The notes under the pieces were generated by a model. That model was given only the letters and a program-made list of their open reading frames with translations, did not search any database and was not told the origin of the DNA. The position numbers were made by a program, and so were the translations under genes. A stretch of 64,000 nt of DNA from Verrucomicrobiia bacterium (GTDB lineage: Bacteria > Verrucomicrobiota > Verrucomicrobiia > Verrucomicrobiales > DEV007), in contig JAGROY010000218.1 of NCBI GenBank assembly GCA_020439995.1, positions 2,225 through 66,224 on the forward strand, given 5' to 3'. Of this stretch, positions 1-9,195 are shown in pieces (the first letter of the stretch is position 1; each line of letters opens with the position of its first letter).

Positions 1-546
1 GTAACGGGTCTCTCCGCTTTCGTTTGGTCGAAGACGGCTTTCGTCTGCCGTGATGACATGGGAACCTTGTCGGATCAGATCAATCTCCACCAGATTCACA
101 CCTGCGGACAGCAAGTCCTGCTGCTCTGCCCGGTATTGCTCGCGCCCTGCCTGGCTAATCTTATTGCTCGGACTGAGCACTTCGATCACCGTCACAAGCT
201 CCTCGTAGCGATCTCGGATTTCGATCCAACGCTGCGTCTCGGGACCGACTAAAATGATCTCCGGTTCGGCAGCCACCACTGGCGCCATCCCGGATTCCGC
301 ATTGGGCTGCCAAAGCGGAGGAAAGCCATCACTGGAGCTTTCCACAACAGCCACGTCCGCACGATAGTTTTTTTGAAGTGCTCCCTTAACCGACAAGTTT
401 TCTTCGGCGAGGCTGCGCAAGTCTTCCGGCAGCATTTGTGAAAGCGCATCACTGATGTAAACGATCAACGAGATACGAATATCGGCCCACTGCAGTTCCA
501 GAAACGGGTTGATTCCCGGGAACGGGTTGGATTGATACTTCTCCAT
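1..546 (-). CDS. DUF4058-family protein (PD-(D/E)xK / Uma2-like fold). N-terminal part only; the CDS runs off the left edge.
   Basis: My own minus-strand translation from the ATG at 546..544 gives MEKYQSNPFPGINPFLELQWADIRISLIVYISDALSQMLPEDL...RYEELVTVIEVLSPSNKISQAGREQYRAEQQDLLSAGVNLVEIDLIRQG. It stays open to nt 1 (182 codons). The N-terminal NPFPG-x-NPFLE and the IEVLSPSNK motif are what I associate with DUF4058. It is absent from the supplied ORF track because no stop lies in the window. Track ORFs 58..252(+) and 249..452(-) are out-of-frame shadows of it. Confidence 0.6.
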   Translation of the reverse strand, partial: MEKYQSNPFPGINPFLELQWADIRISLIVYISDALSQMLPEDLRSLAEENLSVKGALQKNYRADVAVVESSSDGFPPLWQPNAESGMAPVVAAEPEIILVGPETQRWIEIRDRYEELVTVIEVLSPSNKISQAGREQYRAEQQDLLSAGVNLVEIDLIRQGSHVITADESRLRPNESGETRY

Positions 547-601
547 CTCCACAAGTGTAGCGTCCGGCCTCAGGGGGTGCAAGCCCGTGGTCAACGTCAG
601 G

Positions 602-1861
602 TCACTGAGCGCTGTTCTCGAAATCGTCTTCGCGAAGGATTGCGATCGATTCGCCGGCGAGGAACAAGGAGCCGACGACCAGCGTCCGTGAATGGTTCGA
701 CCTGGCGGCGGCGATAATCGTATCGCGAAGGGAGGCTGCGATGGTGAGCGGAATGTCAGGATCCGGATGGCAATCTTTTGCAAGCTGCTCTGGAGCGATC
801 GCGCGGGCAGAGGCGAATGGCACGTAGTGGATGGTGGCTGCGATCGGGGCGAGCACTTTCAGGATCGCGTGCTGGTCTTTGTCCGCAACGCTGCCGAAAA
901 CGATGTCCGCCTTTTCTTTGCCGTAGGTCAATTGCCAGGTCGCTACAGTGGCTTCAGCAGCCTGCACATTGTGCGCACCATCGATGATGATCCGGCCATC
1001 GAAGAATCTCTCAAAGCGCGCGGGCCAGCGAACAGCTCTCAGTCCGTGATGCATCGCTTCGGATTCGGGAGCACAGCCAATGGCGCGCACTGCAGCTAGA
1101 GCCAGCGCGGCGTTGCTGCGTTGATGTGCACCTGCCAGGCCGAGTGGAACATCTGCCATTTCGCTCAATTGCGGGTCACTGAGGAAAGTGAGGGGCGCTC
1201 CGATGCGATCAGCCGTCGCCTGCAAAACCTCCGCCACCTCGGCCGGTTGCGGCGAAGAGAATGCTGGCACTCCAGGCTTTAGAATGCCGGCTTTTTCGGC
1301 AGCGATACTCGCCAGATCAATGCCCAGCCATTTCTGGTGGTCGATCGCGATGGGGGTGATGACTGATGTGGTGGAGGGGACGGCATTGGTCGCATCCAGA
1401 CGCCCGCCCATTCCTGTTTCCAAGACGATGACCTCAACGCCATCATCGCGAAACCAGTCGAGCGCCAGCGCCAGAGTGAGCTCAAAGAACGTGGGATGCT
1501 GCTCCCATTCAGCTACAAGCTCATGCAGCCGACTCAATCGCGTCGCGATTTCCGGTTCGGGTATCTCCAGTCCGTTGATGCGCATACGCTCGCCGTAGTG
1601 GACAAGATGAGGGGAGGTAAAGAGCCCTGAACGATAGCCGGAAGCCTGGAGCATTGAATCCGAGAACGCGCAGACAGAGCCTTTCCCATTCGTGCCTGCC
1701 ACGTGGATGACGCGAGCATTTGCATCGGGGAGATGCATCGCCGAAAGTAGCCGCGCCATATTCTCCAGGCCCAGCTTGATGCCAAACTGCTGAGTGCCGT
1801 AGAGCCAGCTGATGGCTTCCCGATACGACGAAAACGATCCGACGCTCCCGCTGTCAGTCAT
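602..1861 (-). CDS. folC: Bifunctional folylpolyglutamate synthase / dihydrofolate synthase (Mur-ligase family)
   Basis: 419 aa. P-loop HVAGTNGKGSV, then TSPHLVHYGERMRING, VLETGMGGRLDATN and IDGAHN motifs typical of FolC. The ATG at 1861 lies 9 nt downstream of the accD stop, matching the classic accD-folC arrangement. Confidence 0.9.
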   Translation of the reverse strand: MTDSGSVGSFSSYREAISWLYGTQQFGIKLGLENMARLLSAMHLPDANARVIHVAGTNGKGSVCAFSDSMLQASGYRSGLFTSPHLVHYGERMRINGLEIPEPEIATRLSRLHELVAEWEQHPTFFELTLALALDWFRDDGVEVIVLETGMGGRLDATNAVPSTTSVITPIAIDHQKWLGIDLASIAAEKAGILKPGVPAFSSPQPAEVAEVLQATADRIGAPLTFLSDPQLSEMADVPLGLAGAHQRSNAALALAAVRAIGCAPESEAMHHGLRAVRWPARFERFFDGRIIIDGAHNVQAAEATVATWQLTYGKEKADIVFGSVADKDQHAILKVLAPIAATIHYVPFASARAIAPEQLAKDCHPDPDIPLTIAASLRDTIIAAARSNHSRTLVVGSLFLAGESIAILREDDFENSAQ

Positions 1862-1869
1862 AATTGAAA

Positions 1870-2886
1870 TCAGGCTTTAGCGGCGGCCGTGTCGTGTTCT
1901 TCGACGGCGGGAGCAGGGTCAGGCATCATGTAGTGGAGGAGATCCACGAGTTCGCAGCGCATGTCCTTGCGCTCGACGATTCGATCCACAAGCCCGTGCT
2001 GCAACATGAACTCTGCCGTTTGAAACCCCTCGGGCAAATCCTGGTGCGTTGTTTCTTTGACCACGCGCGGGCCGGCAAAGCCAATCATGCAGCGTGGCTC
2101 GGCAATGATGACGTCGCCCAGAGTCGCGAAGCTCGCAGTAACACCGCCTGTCGTCGGGTGAGTGAGAACAGAGATGTAAGGTAGCCCCGCCTCGCCGTGC
2201 CTCGCAAGGGCACCGCTGGTCTTGGCCATTTGCATCAGGCTGAGGATTCCTTCATGCATCCGGGCTCCACCGGATGCGGAGAAAATGATCGCGCCACGCC
2301 GTTCTGCCGTGGCCACTTCGATCGCTCGCGTGATCTTTTCTCCGACGACTGAGCCCATGCTGGCACCCAGGAATCTGAAATCCATCACGCTCAACGTTAC
2401 CGGATGCCGAGCGATGGTCGCGCGACCAGTTACGACGGCTTCGTGAAGGCCGGTGCGCTTTTGATACTTCTCTACCTTGTCGACATAAGATTTGAAGTTC
2501 AGGGCATCGACTGTCTTCAGATGTTCGTCCATCGGGGCGAACGAGCCCTCGTCCGCGATGAGTTCGATGCGCTGCTCGGAACTCATCGTATAGTGATATC
2601 CGCAACGGTTGCAGACGCGCAGATTCTCCGTCAGGTCAAACTCATGGATGACACCGGAACACGACGGGCACTTGTGCCAGAGCCCCTCAGGCATGTCCTT
2701 CTTCTTCTCACCAAATCCCGTAAGATCTCGGCGACGAAAAAATCCATCTTCATCGGTAATCAACGGATCATCGAAGACCGCCGGATTCATGCGCCGGAAG
2801 ATTTCAGCTGCCTCTTTAGGGAGTGCTGAAGGATCGTTCTCGTCCGGATCGTCGTCGCCCGGAGCGGCTATGGTAGTTGCGGCCAT
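1870..2886 (-). CDS. accD: Acetyl-CoA carboxylase carboxyltransferase beta subunit
   Basis: N-terminal Cys4 zinc ribbon (CPSCSGV...CNRCGYHY) followed by the carboxyltransferase domain (GGARMHEGILSLMQMAKTS, PTTGGVTASFA). The track ORF extends to 2982. I place the start at the ATG at 2886 (MAATTIAAPG...) because the upstream 32 codons look non-native. The start is uncertain. Confidence 0.88.
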   Translation of the reverse strand: MAATTIAAPGDDDPDENDPSALPKEAAEIFRRMNPAVFDDPLITDEDGFFRRRDLTGFGEKKKDMPEGLWHKCPSCSGVIHEFDLTENLRVCNRCGYHYTMSSEQRIELIADEGSFAPMDEHLKTVDALNFKSYVDKVEKYQKRTGLHEAVVTGRATIARHPVTLSVMDFRFLGASMGSVVGEKITRAIEVATAERRGAIIFSASGGARMHEGILSLMQMAKTSGALARHGEAGLPYISVLTHPTTGGVTASFATLGDVIIAEPRCMIGFAGPRVVKETTHQDLPEGFQTAEFMLQHGLVDRIVERKDMRCELVDLLHYMMPDPAPAVEEHDTAAAKA

Positions 2887-2997
2887 TTTCAAGTTGCTGG
2901 AGCCGGAGTATAGACACCGGATGCGCCGTGTTGCAACCGTTTCCACAGCGCTACCGAAATCCCATCCCAATCGAAATTCCAAGAGATTGCCGTAGTA

Positions 2998-3034
2998 ATC
3001 ACATCAATTGATATTTGTGATAACAAATATCAAT
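2998..3034. promoter_or_regulatory. Nested dyad symmetry: perfect 12-bp inverted repeat ATTGATATTTGT-gata-ACAAATATCAAT (3007..3034), overlapped by ATCACA-N12-TGTGAT (2998..3021)
   Basis: Read directly from the sequence. It is AT-rich and lies in the 72-168 nt gap between the stop of CDS 3055..3492 and the accD start. It could be an operator for the accD-folC promoter or a T-tail-less terminator hairpin for the upstream gene. Confidence 0.35.
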
Positions 3035-3054
3035 AGTGCCCATGCGAACATCGC

Positions 3055-3492
3055 CTAGCCCTCCAACCGTTCCGGAGCATCGACGACGTCCGCCTCCCCT
3101 GAGTTCTTGTGGATGTGTTTGTTGATCAAGTTGTCCGTAATCGAGGATAGATAATTCGTAAGAATGTCGTCGAGCTTTTCAAACTCCGGCCAGAGTGTTT
3201 CGTCGACGAATCGCTTGGAAACCCACACCATCACTGTGGTGTAGCGTTGGTTCTTGTATCGGAAGGGTCGCAGCCCATGCCGACGCACAAGAGCTGAAAA
3301 CAAACGCCGGGACCACTCATTGGTCATGGTAAACCGAAATTCAACGACTGGCTCCTCGGGCTCCAGCGTCTCAAGGCGGGATTGAATCCGCTGCCTCGCC
3401 TCCGAAGCAGCATTGCGCTCACCGGGAGTCGTTGCTCCCGCGAACAGGCGTTCGATTTTTTCCAGTTTTGCGATCAGTTCTTCTTCAGTCAT
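3055..3492 (-). CDS. Hypothetical protein. The N-terminal helix resembles DUF2786-type proteins.
   Basis: 145-aa ORF with an ATG start and coding-like composition. The N-terminus EELIAKLEKIERLFAGATTPGERNAASEARQRIQSRL resembles the DUF2786 helix. No other recognisable motif. Confidence 0.55.
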   Translation of the reverse strand: MTEEELIAKLEKIERLFAGATTPGERNAASEARQRIQSRLETLEPEEPVVEFRFTMTNEWSRRLFSALVRRHGLRPFRYKNQRYTTVMVWVSKRFVDETLWPEFEKLDDILTNYLSSITDNLINKHIHKNSGEADVVDAPERLEG

Positions 3493-3560
3493 GGTGGAAG
3501 AATTAGAGTATCTACGCCTGATGCAACCATGAACTCTATTGAATCATCCGCATTGAATAT

Positions 3561-4712
3561 ATGAAGACGCTCAAATTTGATACCATCGTCGCAGGCGTCG
3601 GCTCGGTTGGGGCGGCCGCCTGCTACCATCTCGCCAGGCGTGGGGCCAGGGTGCTCGGCGTTGAACAGTTCAACATCCCTCACGTTCGCGGCTCTCACCA
3701 CGGCCACTCGCGGATGATCCGGCAGGCCTACTATGAACATCCTGACTATGTGCCCCTGCTCCGGCGCTCGTATGAACTTTGGGAGGAACTGCAATCGGGC
3801 AGCGCGCTGTCTCCATTCTTCCACTTGACCGGCGGCCTCTACATTGGCTCTGACGATGGCACCATTGTCGCCGGCTCCCGTCTCGCTGCCGAACAGCATG
3901 GGCTCGAATACGAAATGCTCGATGCTGGTGAAGTCAAAAATCGTTTTCCCGCATTTGCTCCAGATTGTAATCACACAGGCTTTTACGAAACGAAGGCGGG
4001 ATTCCTCGTTCCTGAGCGCGCGATCTCGGCGCATGCTGAAGCGGCAACGAATCTTGGTGCGACGCTGGTCACGGGTGAAACGGTGGAAGGTTGGACTGCA
4101 CATCAAGATCATGTCGAGGTGCGCACGAGCCTTGCCACTTACCAGGCTGATCAACTGGTGATCGCTTCCGGGGCGTGGACAGGAGAAGTGGCCGCAGAGC
4201 TGGGAATCGAGCTAAAGGTAACACGCCAGGTGCTGGCCTGGTTCGAGCCTCTGGGCGACCGTGCACGATTCGCTCCAGAGAATCTCCCCTGCTGGTTCAT
4301 TGAAACCGAGCCGCCGTACGGGCACTACGGGTTTCCAGTCATGCCCGGAGATTTCGGGCTAAAGGTCGCACTGCACAGGCCGGGTAGCCCCATTGAACTC
4401 GCGCATCTTTCTGCAGAGGATCACCAGCCGCGACAAGACGAGATCGACGGTCTTCGCACAGTGTTAGAGCGATACTTGCCTGGGTGCGCGGGCGATCTCA
4501 TCCACACCTGCACGTGCAGATACACTAATAGTCCTGACGGCCACTTCATCATCGGCAAGCACCCGCGGCACGACCGCATCAGCATTGCCTGTGGACTTAG
4601 TGGTCACGGCTTCAAGTTCTCCTCAGTGATCGGAGAGATTCTCGCGGATCTCGCTCTCTTCGGTCGATCCGCGCTTGCCGTTGAGTTCCTTAGCCCCGCC
4701 CGCTTCCAATGA
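3561..4712 (+). CDS. solA: FAD-dependent monomeric sarcosine oxidase / N-methyl-L-tryptophan oxidase family (MSOX/MTOX)
   Basis: 383 aa. N-terminal dinucleotide fold DTIVAGVGSVGAAACYHLARRG. The C-terminal covalent-flavin region TCTCRYTNSPDGHFIIG and SGHGFKFSSVIGEILADL are typical of the MSOX/MTOX family. Substrate is not assignable. Confidence 0.8.
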   Translation: MKTLKFDTIVAGVGSVGAAACYHLARRGARVLGVEQFNIPHVRGSHHGHSRMIRQAYYEHPDYVPLLRRSYELWEELQSGSALSPFFHLTGGLYIGSDDGTIVAGSRLAAEQHGLEYEMLDAGEVKNRFPAFAPDCNHTGFYETKAGFLVPERAISAHAEAATNLGATLVTGETVEGWTAHQDHVEVRTSLATYQADQLVIASGAWTGEVAAELGIELKVTRQVLAWFEPLGDRARFAPENLPCWFIETEPPYGHYGFPVMPGDFGLKVALHRPGSPIELAHLSAEDHQPRQDEIDGLRTVLERYLPGCAGDLIHTCTCRYTNSPDGHFIIGKHPRHDRISIACGLSGHGFKFSSVIGEILADLALFGRSALAVEFLSPARFQ

Positions 4713-4744
4713 AGGAAGTCTCTCAATCGCCGATACACTAGGCT

Positions 4745-5338
4745 CTACTCTGGACGCCTGCGGAACCATCCAGTCATACTGTGGCGATGCCGAGTGGACA
4801 CGCGAACCTCGTGCCAGAAAACCGGGGAGAGAAAAACGACCAGCTTGCCGGGTTCCGGAAAGATGTCGATCGAGGCCCCGTTGATCCCGGTTTCGCGATC
4901 GATGTAGAGCCGGAGCTGGCCTCCGTCTGCCGTAGCCCAGCCTTCATCCAGATAGATGATGGTGGACAGGATCCGAGCATTGGAATTCTGGTGGCAGTCG
5001 AGGTGTGCCTTGTAGAAGCCGCCGGGCGGAAAGCAGGCCAGATGTGCTTCCAGCTCGAACAACCCTAGAAACAAAGTCCGGTTCAACGTCACCCGGAGGA
5101 CTTCCATTTGATCCCAATAGCGGGACTGCGGGCCGCTCAGGTTTTGCGGTTCGAGCCATCGAATTTCGTCGGTTCTTATTTGCGCCACCACTTGCTTCTG
5201 ATCGCCCATTCCGATCGCTGCAGGAACAAAATCCCCCTCCGCTCGGCTATCGCGGCTCTCTGCGACGAGTTCACGAACCAGCGGAAGCTCAATAAAACCG
5301 GGGATGATCGCATAACCGAAATCGGCCAGGTTTTTCAC
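4745..5338 (-). CDS. 2OG-Fe(II) oxygenase (prolyl-4-hydroxylase-like) family protein
   Basis: 197 aa. Has a HLD...H facial-triad-like pattern (YKAHLDCHQ..., LVVFLSPVFWHEV) and ILSTIIYLDEGWATADGGQLRLY, typical of the PF13640-type family. GTG start at 5338. Confidence 0.75.
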   Translation of the reverse strand: MKNLADFGYAIIPGFIELPLVRELVAESRDSRAEGDFVPAAIGMGDQKQVVAQIRTDEIRWLEPQNLSGPQSRYWDQMEVLRVTLNRTLFLGLFELEAHLACFPPGGFYKAHLDCHQNSNARILSTIIYLDEGWATADGGQLRLYIDRETGINGASIDIFPEPGKLVVFLSPVFWHEVRVSTRHRHSMTGWFRRRPE

Positions 5339-5601
5339 CAGATTTTCGAACGGAGGGCTTCCGTCACAGGGGGGTGGGGGCGATGTTAGGTTGTGAATGG
5401 ATATGCTAGTCGTGCTGCTTTAACTTTTTGCAACTACTATCGCTTGCAGCTGCTCCGCCCAGATCTGGCCAAGCCACTGCGGTGCACATCCCCACAACTC
5501 AGTTTATCTGGAGCTACACATAAACCGAGTTCTGATCCCGCGAAAACTGGAGCCAGTGTTGAAAAATCGAACTCCGTCCAGTTTTCAATCTCTGGAGTTT
5601 G

Positions 5602-6246
5602 TCACTTGAAGCCATCCAATGATGGCATCGATGGGTCTCTGAAATCCCCCGTTGATGGCGGGGCAAGCGGAGTATCGTCTGGGATGCCGGTTGCATCCCA
5701 TAGGCTATCGCCGGATTCGTCAGCGGTCGGAATGGGGGCGGAGAACACGGAGTCGTTGCTCCACTCAAGGGAGCCAGACGGAATGTCGATCGGTTCCTCC
5801 GGAATGCCTTCCCCAAGATTGGGAGTAACCGCTGCGCCACCGACAGCATCGTCACTGAGCTGGTAGACACTCTGGCTTGCCCTCGGTTTGGTATTTGCCC
5901 GGCGCTTCCCAATTGCCCAAAATGTCCCGGCGATGGCGAAGATGCCAAACCCGATGATCATAAAATTCTTGATCCACGCGTCATTGCGCCGTCGGGCGTG
6001 CTCGGAGTAGGTGAACTGGTAACCGGTAGGCATCTTTTGCGGTTTCGCCTTACCACGGCTCCGTCCGCCTGGTTGAGGGCTACGGCTGGCATCTGGATTG
6101 GCAATCCTGGACTCGCACCGGGGGCAAACGGCAAACGGAGCCACCCAGTTCTCGGGAGCGGCCGCTTGCCAGTGGCACTTGGGGCACACAAGCATTACAG
6201 CTGCCGGAGAACCTTCTGCGCTTTGGTAGGGAGATCGAGCCATCAT
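5602..6246 (-). CDS. Hypothetical zinc-ribbon membrane protein
   Basis: CPKCHW...CPRCESRI forms a CxxC-N18-CxxC ribbon, followed by one TM helix (FMIIGFGIFAIAGTFWAIG) and an acidic, Pro-rich tail. The track ORF reaches 6321. The ATG-ATG at 6246 was chosen as the start. Confidence 0.5.
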   Translation of the reverse strand: MMARSPYQSAEGSPAAVMLVCPKCHWQAAAPENWVAPFAVCPRCESRIANPDASRSPQPGGRSRGKAKPQKMPTGYQFTYSEHARRRNDAWIKNFMIIGFGIFAIAGTFWAIGKRRANTKPRASQSVYQLSDDAVGGAAVTPNLGEGIPEEPIDIPSGSLEWSNDSVFSAPIPTADESGDSLWDATGIPDDTPLAPPSTGDFRDPSMPSLDGFK

Positions 6247-6465
6247 ATATAATGAGTGCGGATTCCCTCCCGAATTCAAGCACCAAAATGAGGCGACTTG
6301 CCCCGCGCCCCCGCGCCGCATTTCCTCGGTCGGGTTCGAATCCCAGCGTTACAAAGCCGTCCGTCAGAATTCTTCGAAACACTCGATCATCACCTGAATT
6401 GACCATGTGTGAGCCTGTGACAAACTGATTACCAGCTTCATCCGGATGGTGATGAAATCGCCTCC

Positions 6466-9195
6466 CTACTCCACCGGCCCCAATAACTGATCCAATGTCT
6501 CTGGTGTAAGGCTAAGTTTTTCAGTGGCACCGGAAAGAAGATCGTCGGCGAGGTGGCTTTTCTTGCCCTGCATCTGCTGGATACGTTGCTCGACGGTTCC
6601 TTTGCAAATGAGCTTGTGAACGAACACGGGCTTGTCCTGGCCGATGCGGTATGCGCGGTCGGTTGCCTGGTTTTCGGCGGCTGGGTTCCACCAGGGGTCG
6701 TAGTGGATGACGGTGTCGGCACCGGTCAATGTAAGCCCGGTGCCGCCTGCTTTGAGCGAGATGAGAAAGACGTCACCTTCGCCAGCCTGAAAGCGCTCGA
6801 CCAGCAGCTGCCGGTCTTTGGTTTCACCAGTCAGTTTCAAGTATGGGCACTCTATGGCGTTCAAATGGGCTTCAATAATAGCGAGCATCGAGGTGAACTG
6901 TGAGAACACCAGCACGCGATGATTTTCCTGCCGGAAGGTGTCGAGCAATTCAACGAGATACTCGAACTTGGTGGAGTCTGGATGGTGTTCCTGATTTTTG
7001 AGCAGGCGTGGATGGCAGCAGATCTGGCGCAGCTTGAGCAGGGCATCGAGAAATACGATTTGCGACTCGGTGCCGGTAAGAGCGAGCGCTTCGCGCACTT
7101 GTTTGTCCATCGTCGAGCGCACCGTCTCGTAGAGGTCTTTCTGCGCTTCGTTGAGCTCAATCGTGTGGACGATCTCGGTTTTAGGCGGCAGTTCCTTGGC
7201 GACGTCGTTCTTGGTTCGGCGCAGGATCAAAGGGCCTACGCGGCGTGTCAGTTGCGCGCTTTTTTCCGCGTTGCCATCTTTCTCGATTGGGGTTCGAAAC
7301 TGCTCGTTAAACGTCTCGCGCTTGCCCAGCAGGCCAGGCATGAGGAAATGCATGAGGCTCCAGAGCTCGCCGAGATTGTTCTCGATGGGAGTGCCGGAGA
7401 GGCAGAGTCGATGGGCACCGCGCAATTGGCAGGCGGCCCTGTTGACCTGGGTAGAGGCGTTCTTGATATGCTGTGCTTCGTCCAGCGCTATCAGGTGAAA
7501 TGTTTGACCGACAAACACCTCAAGATCCCGGGGCAGAAGCGCAAACGATGTGAGCACAAGGTCGGCGCGGACAATCTCGGAGAAGCGAGTCTTTCGGTCG
7601 GCACCCTGGAGCACGAGCACCCGCAGATCCGGCGCAAACTTCGCCGCCTCCCGCTGCCAGTTCTCGACCACACTGGTCGGCGCGACTACCAGGGACGGCA
7701 GGCCATTGTTGCCGCCGCTCTCCTTTTCCGCAAGCAAGTGAGCGAGGGTCTGCAGCGTCTTTCCGAGCCCCATGTCATCTGCCAAGATGCCATTCAAATC
7801 GTAATGTGCCAGAAACTGCATCCAGTAAAACCCATCGAGCTGGTAGTCCCGCAAGTTGGCTTTGAGCCCCTCGGGGACGGGCACGCGATCGATGGTTTGA
7901 AAGCTGGTCAGGCGCTCGGCCAGCCCTTCGATTTCATCCGGGCCATCGATCTCCAGTTGGAACGCCTCACTGCCTCCCCCGTCTTCGCCATTGTTACTTT
8001 GTAAGAGCAGGGCTGCGTCAAGTTTGCTCAGCTTGATCGGTCCATCAGTAAAACGGAACTCCATCAGCTGCCCAAGCGTGGTCAGGATATTGCGAAACCT
8101 TCCCACCGGCAACGCCAGACCGCGACCATCCGGCAGGAAAATCATGAACTCCTGACCTTTTGGAAGCCCTGCGGTGACCTCTAGAAAACGGTTCTCCACC
8201 AGCGAAGCGAGGATCGGCTGCAGTTCGAATTTTTCTCCTTCAATCTCGAACCCTGCCGACAAACTGAACCAGCCACGCCCCTCTTCCACGATCTCTGCTC
8301 GCCAGGTTTCGGTACGGAATATCAGTGGCTTGAGGCCCACATAGGGCGAGAACTGCACCTCCCAGCCACGCCGTTCCAGAGCCGGCGTGCCCTCGTGGCG
8401 AAAGCGCTGCCAGTAGAATTCCGGGTGCGGCCATTCCTTGCGATCGACAGCCCACAGCGTGCCGCCATCGCCGTGGGGTGCCGGGGCAAGTTTTTTCAAC
8501 GACTGCGGTGGCCGCTCAGCACCTGGTCGCAGGTCGAGCGCATACAACGTCTGCACCGCTTCCATTTCGGCAACACGATCGCGCGGGATCTTACGTTCCG
8601 GCGTGACGATCGGCGGCAGGCTGCCACTTGGTTCCAGTGGCACTTGATAGTCACCATAGGTGGCATAGGCATGCCCGTAGAGAGCCGGCAGCCAGTCGAT
8701 GCGGTCGATGTCAGGGCGGCGCTCGATTCGCAGCAGGAACGTGGGCTTGCCTGTCCCGTCGCTGGCGGACGCAGGAGGTGTATTCGTTTGTGTCTTCTCA
8801 TCCAGAGCCAGGTGCTTGCCCTGCGTCACTTTCTCCGCCTGGGGTGTTCCGCCAAATGCCATCTCCAGGCGCACTCCGGGTGCTTTTGCCAGATACTCTA
8901 ACAATGCCACACAATGGACGCAGTTCACCCCCACTCCGCAGGAACAGCCTGCATCAAATGCCAGCTCTCCATCCGCATCCGGATCTTCCCAGAGAGCGAT
9001 GATTGCCTCGCTCTGGCAGCCATCGCTCTCCATGATGCGGCCAACGATTTCCACATCGCCCGTGTCCAGCACCTCCGCCGAAACACTGGTGACCTGCTTC
9101 GCCCGTGCCAGCTTCTGCCCCCGGGCAAGCGCTCCCCCATCGAACACTCGACGCCAGCCTCCATCCTCCAAGAACGGTGGAATGCGGTCTTTCAC
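6466..9195 (-). CDS. SNF2-family helicase with an N-terminal SWIM zinc finger
   Basis: SWIM CxC-x-CxH (CSCGVGVNCVHCVALLEYL). SNF2_N motifs: DYQLDGFYWM, LADDMGLGKTLQ, and a DEAQ box (LIALDEAQHIKN). Helicase-C motifs: VLVFSQFTSML, GGTGLTLTGADTVIHYDPWWNPA, QATDRAYRIGQ. The track ORF starts at GTG 9270 and would overlap yjbQ by 79 nt. An in-frame GTG at 9195..9193 overlaps the yjbQ stop as GTGA, so I prefer that start. Confidence 0.9.
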   Translation of the reverse strand: MKDRIPPFLEDGGWRRVFDGGALARGQKLARAKQVTSVSAEVLDTGDVEIVGRIMESDGCQSEAIIALWEDPDADGELAFDAGCSCGVGVNCVHCVALLEYLAKAPGVRLEMAFGGTPQAEKVTQGKHLALDEKTQTNTPPASASDGTGKPTFLLRIERRPDIDRIDWLPALYGHAYATYGDYQVPLEPSGSLPPIVTPERKIPRDRVAEMEAVQTLYALDLRPGAERPPQSLKKLAPAPHGDGGTLWAVDRKEWPHPEFYWQRFRHEGTPALERRGWEVQFSPYVGLKPLIFRTETWRAEIVEEGRGWFSLSAGFEIEGEKFELQPILASLVENRFLEVTAGLPKGQEFMIFLPDGRGLALPVGRFRNILTTLGQLMEFRFTDGPIKLSKLDAALLLQSNNGEDGGGSEAFQLEIDGPDEIEGLAERLTSFQTIDRVPVPEGLKANLRDYQLDGFYWMQFLAHYDLNGILADDMGLGKTLQTLAHLLAEKESGGNNGLPSLVVAPTSVVENWQREAAKFAPDLRVLVLQGADRKTRFSEIVRADLVLTSFALLPRDLEVFVGQTFHLIALDEAQHIKNASTQVNRAACQLRGAHRLCLSGTPIENNLGELWSLMHFLMPGLLGKRETFNEQFRTPIEKDGNAEKSAQLTRRVGPLILRRTKNDVAKELPPKTEIVHTIELNEAQKDLYETVRSTMDKQVREALALTGTESQIVFLDALLKLRQICCHPRLLKNQEHHPDSTKFEYLVELLDTFRQENHRVLVFSQFTSMLAIIEAHLNAIECPYLKLTGETKDRQLLVERFQAGEGDVFLISLKAGGTGLTLTGADTVIHYDPWWNPAAENQATDRAYRIGQDKPVFVHKLICKGTVEQRIQQMQGKKSHLADDLLSGATEKLSLTPETLDQLLGPVE

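Noticed and set aside
58-452. Track ORFs 58..252(+) and 249..452(-).
   Set aside because: Both overlap, out of frame or antisense, the much more protein-like DUF4058 frame (1..546, minus). Their translations are Arg/Trp/Cys-rich nonsense.
6325-6350. A tRNA-like T-arm motif, GGGTTCGAATCCC.
   Set aside because: The flanking bases give only a 3-bp T stem. There is no complementary acceptor-stem partner ~65 nt upstream (or on the other strand), and no D-arm or anticodon arm could be drawn. It is a chance match inside or next to the 5' end of CDS 5602..6246.
6919-8004. A 361-aa + strand ORF antisense to the SNF2 helicase. Similar long antisense ORFs include 28801..29634, 33911..34677, 35551..36537, 55412..56212, 58719..59507 and 59422..60144.
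   Set aside because: These are shadow ORFs typical of GC-rich coding DNA. The opposite-strand genes carry unambiguous family motifs, and the shadow translations are Arg/Leu/Gly-biased with no motifs.
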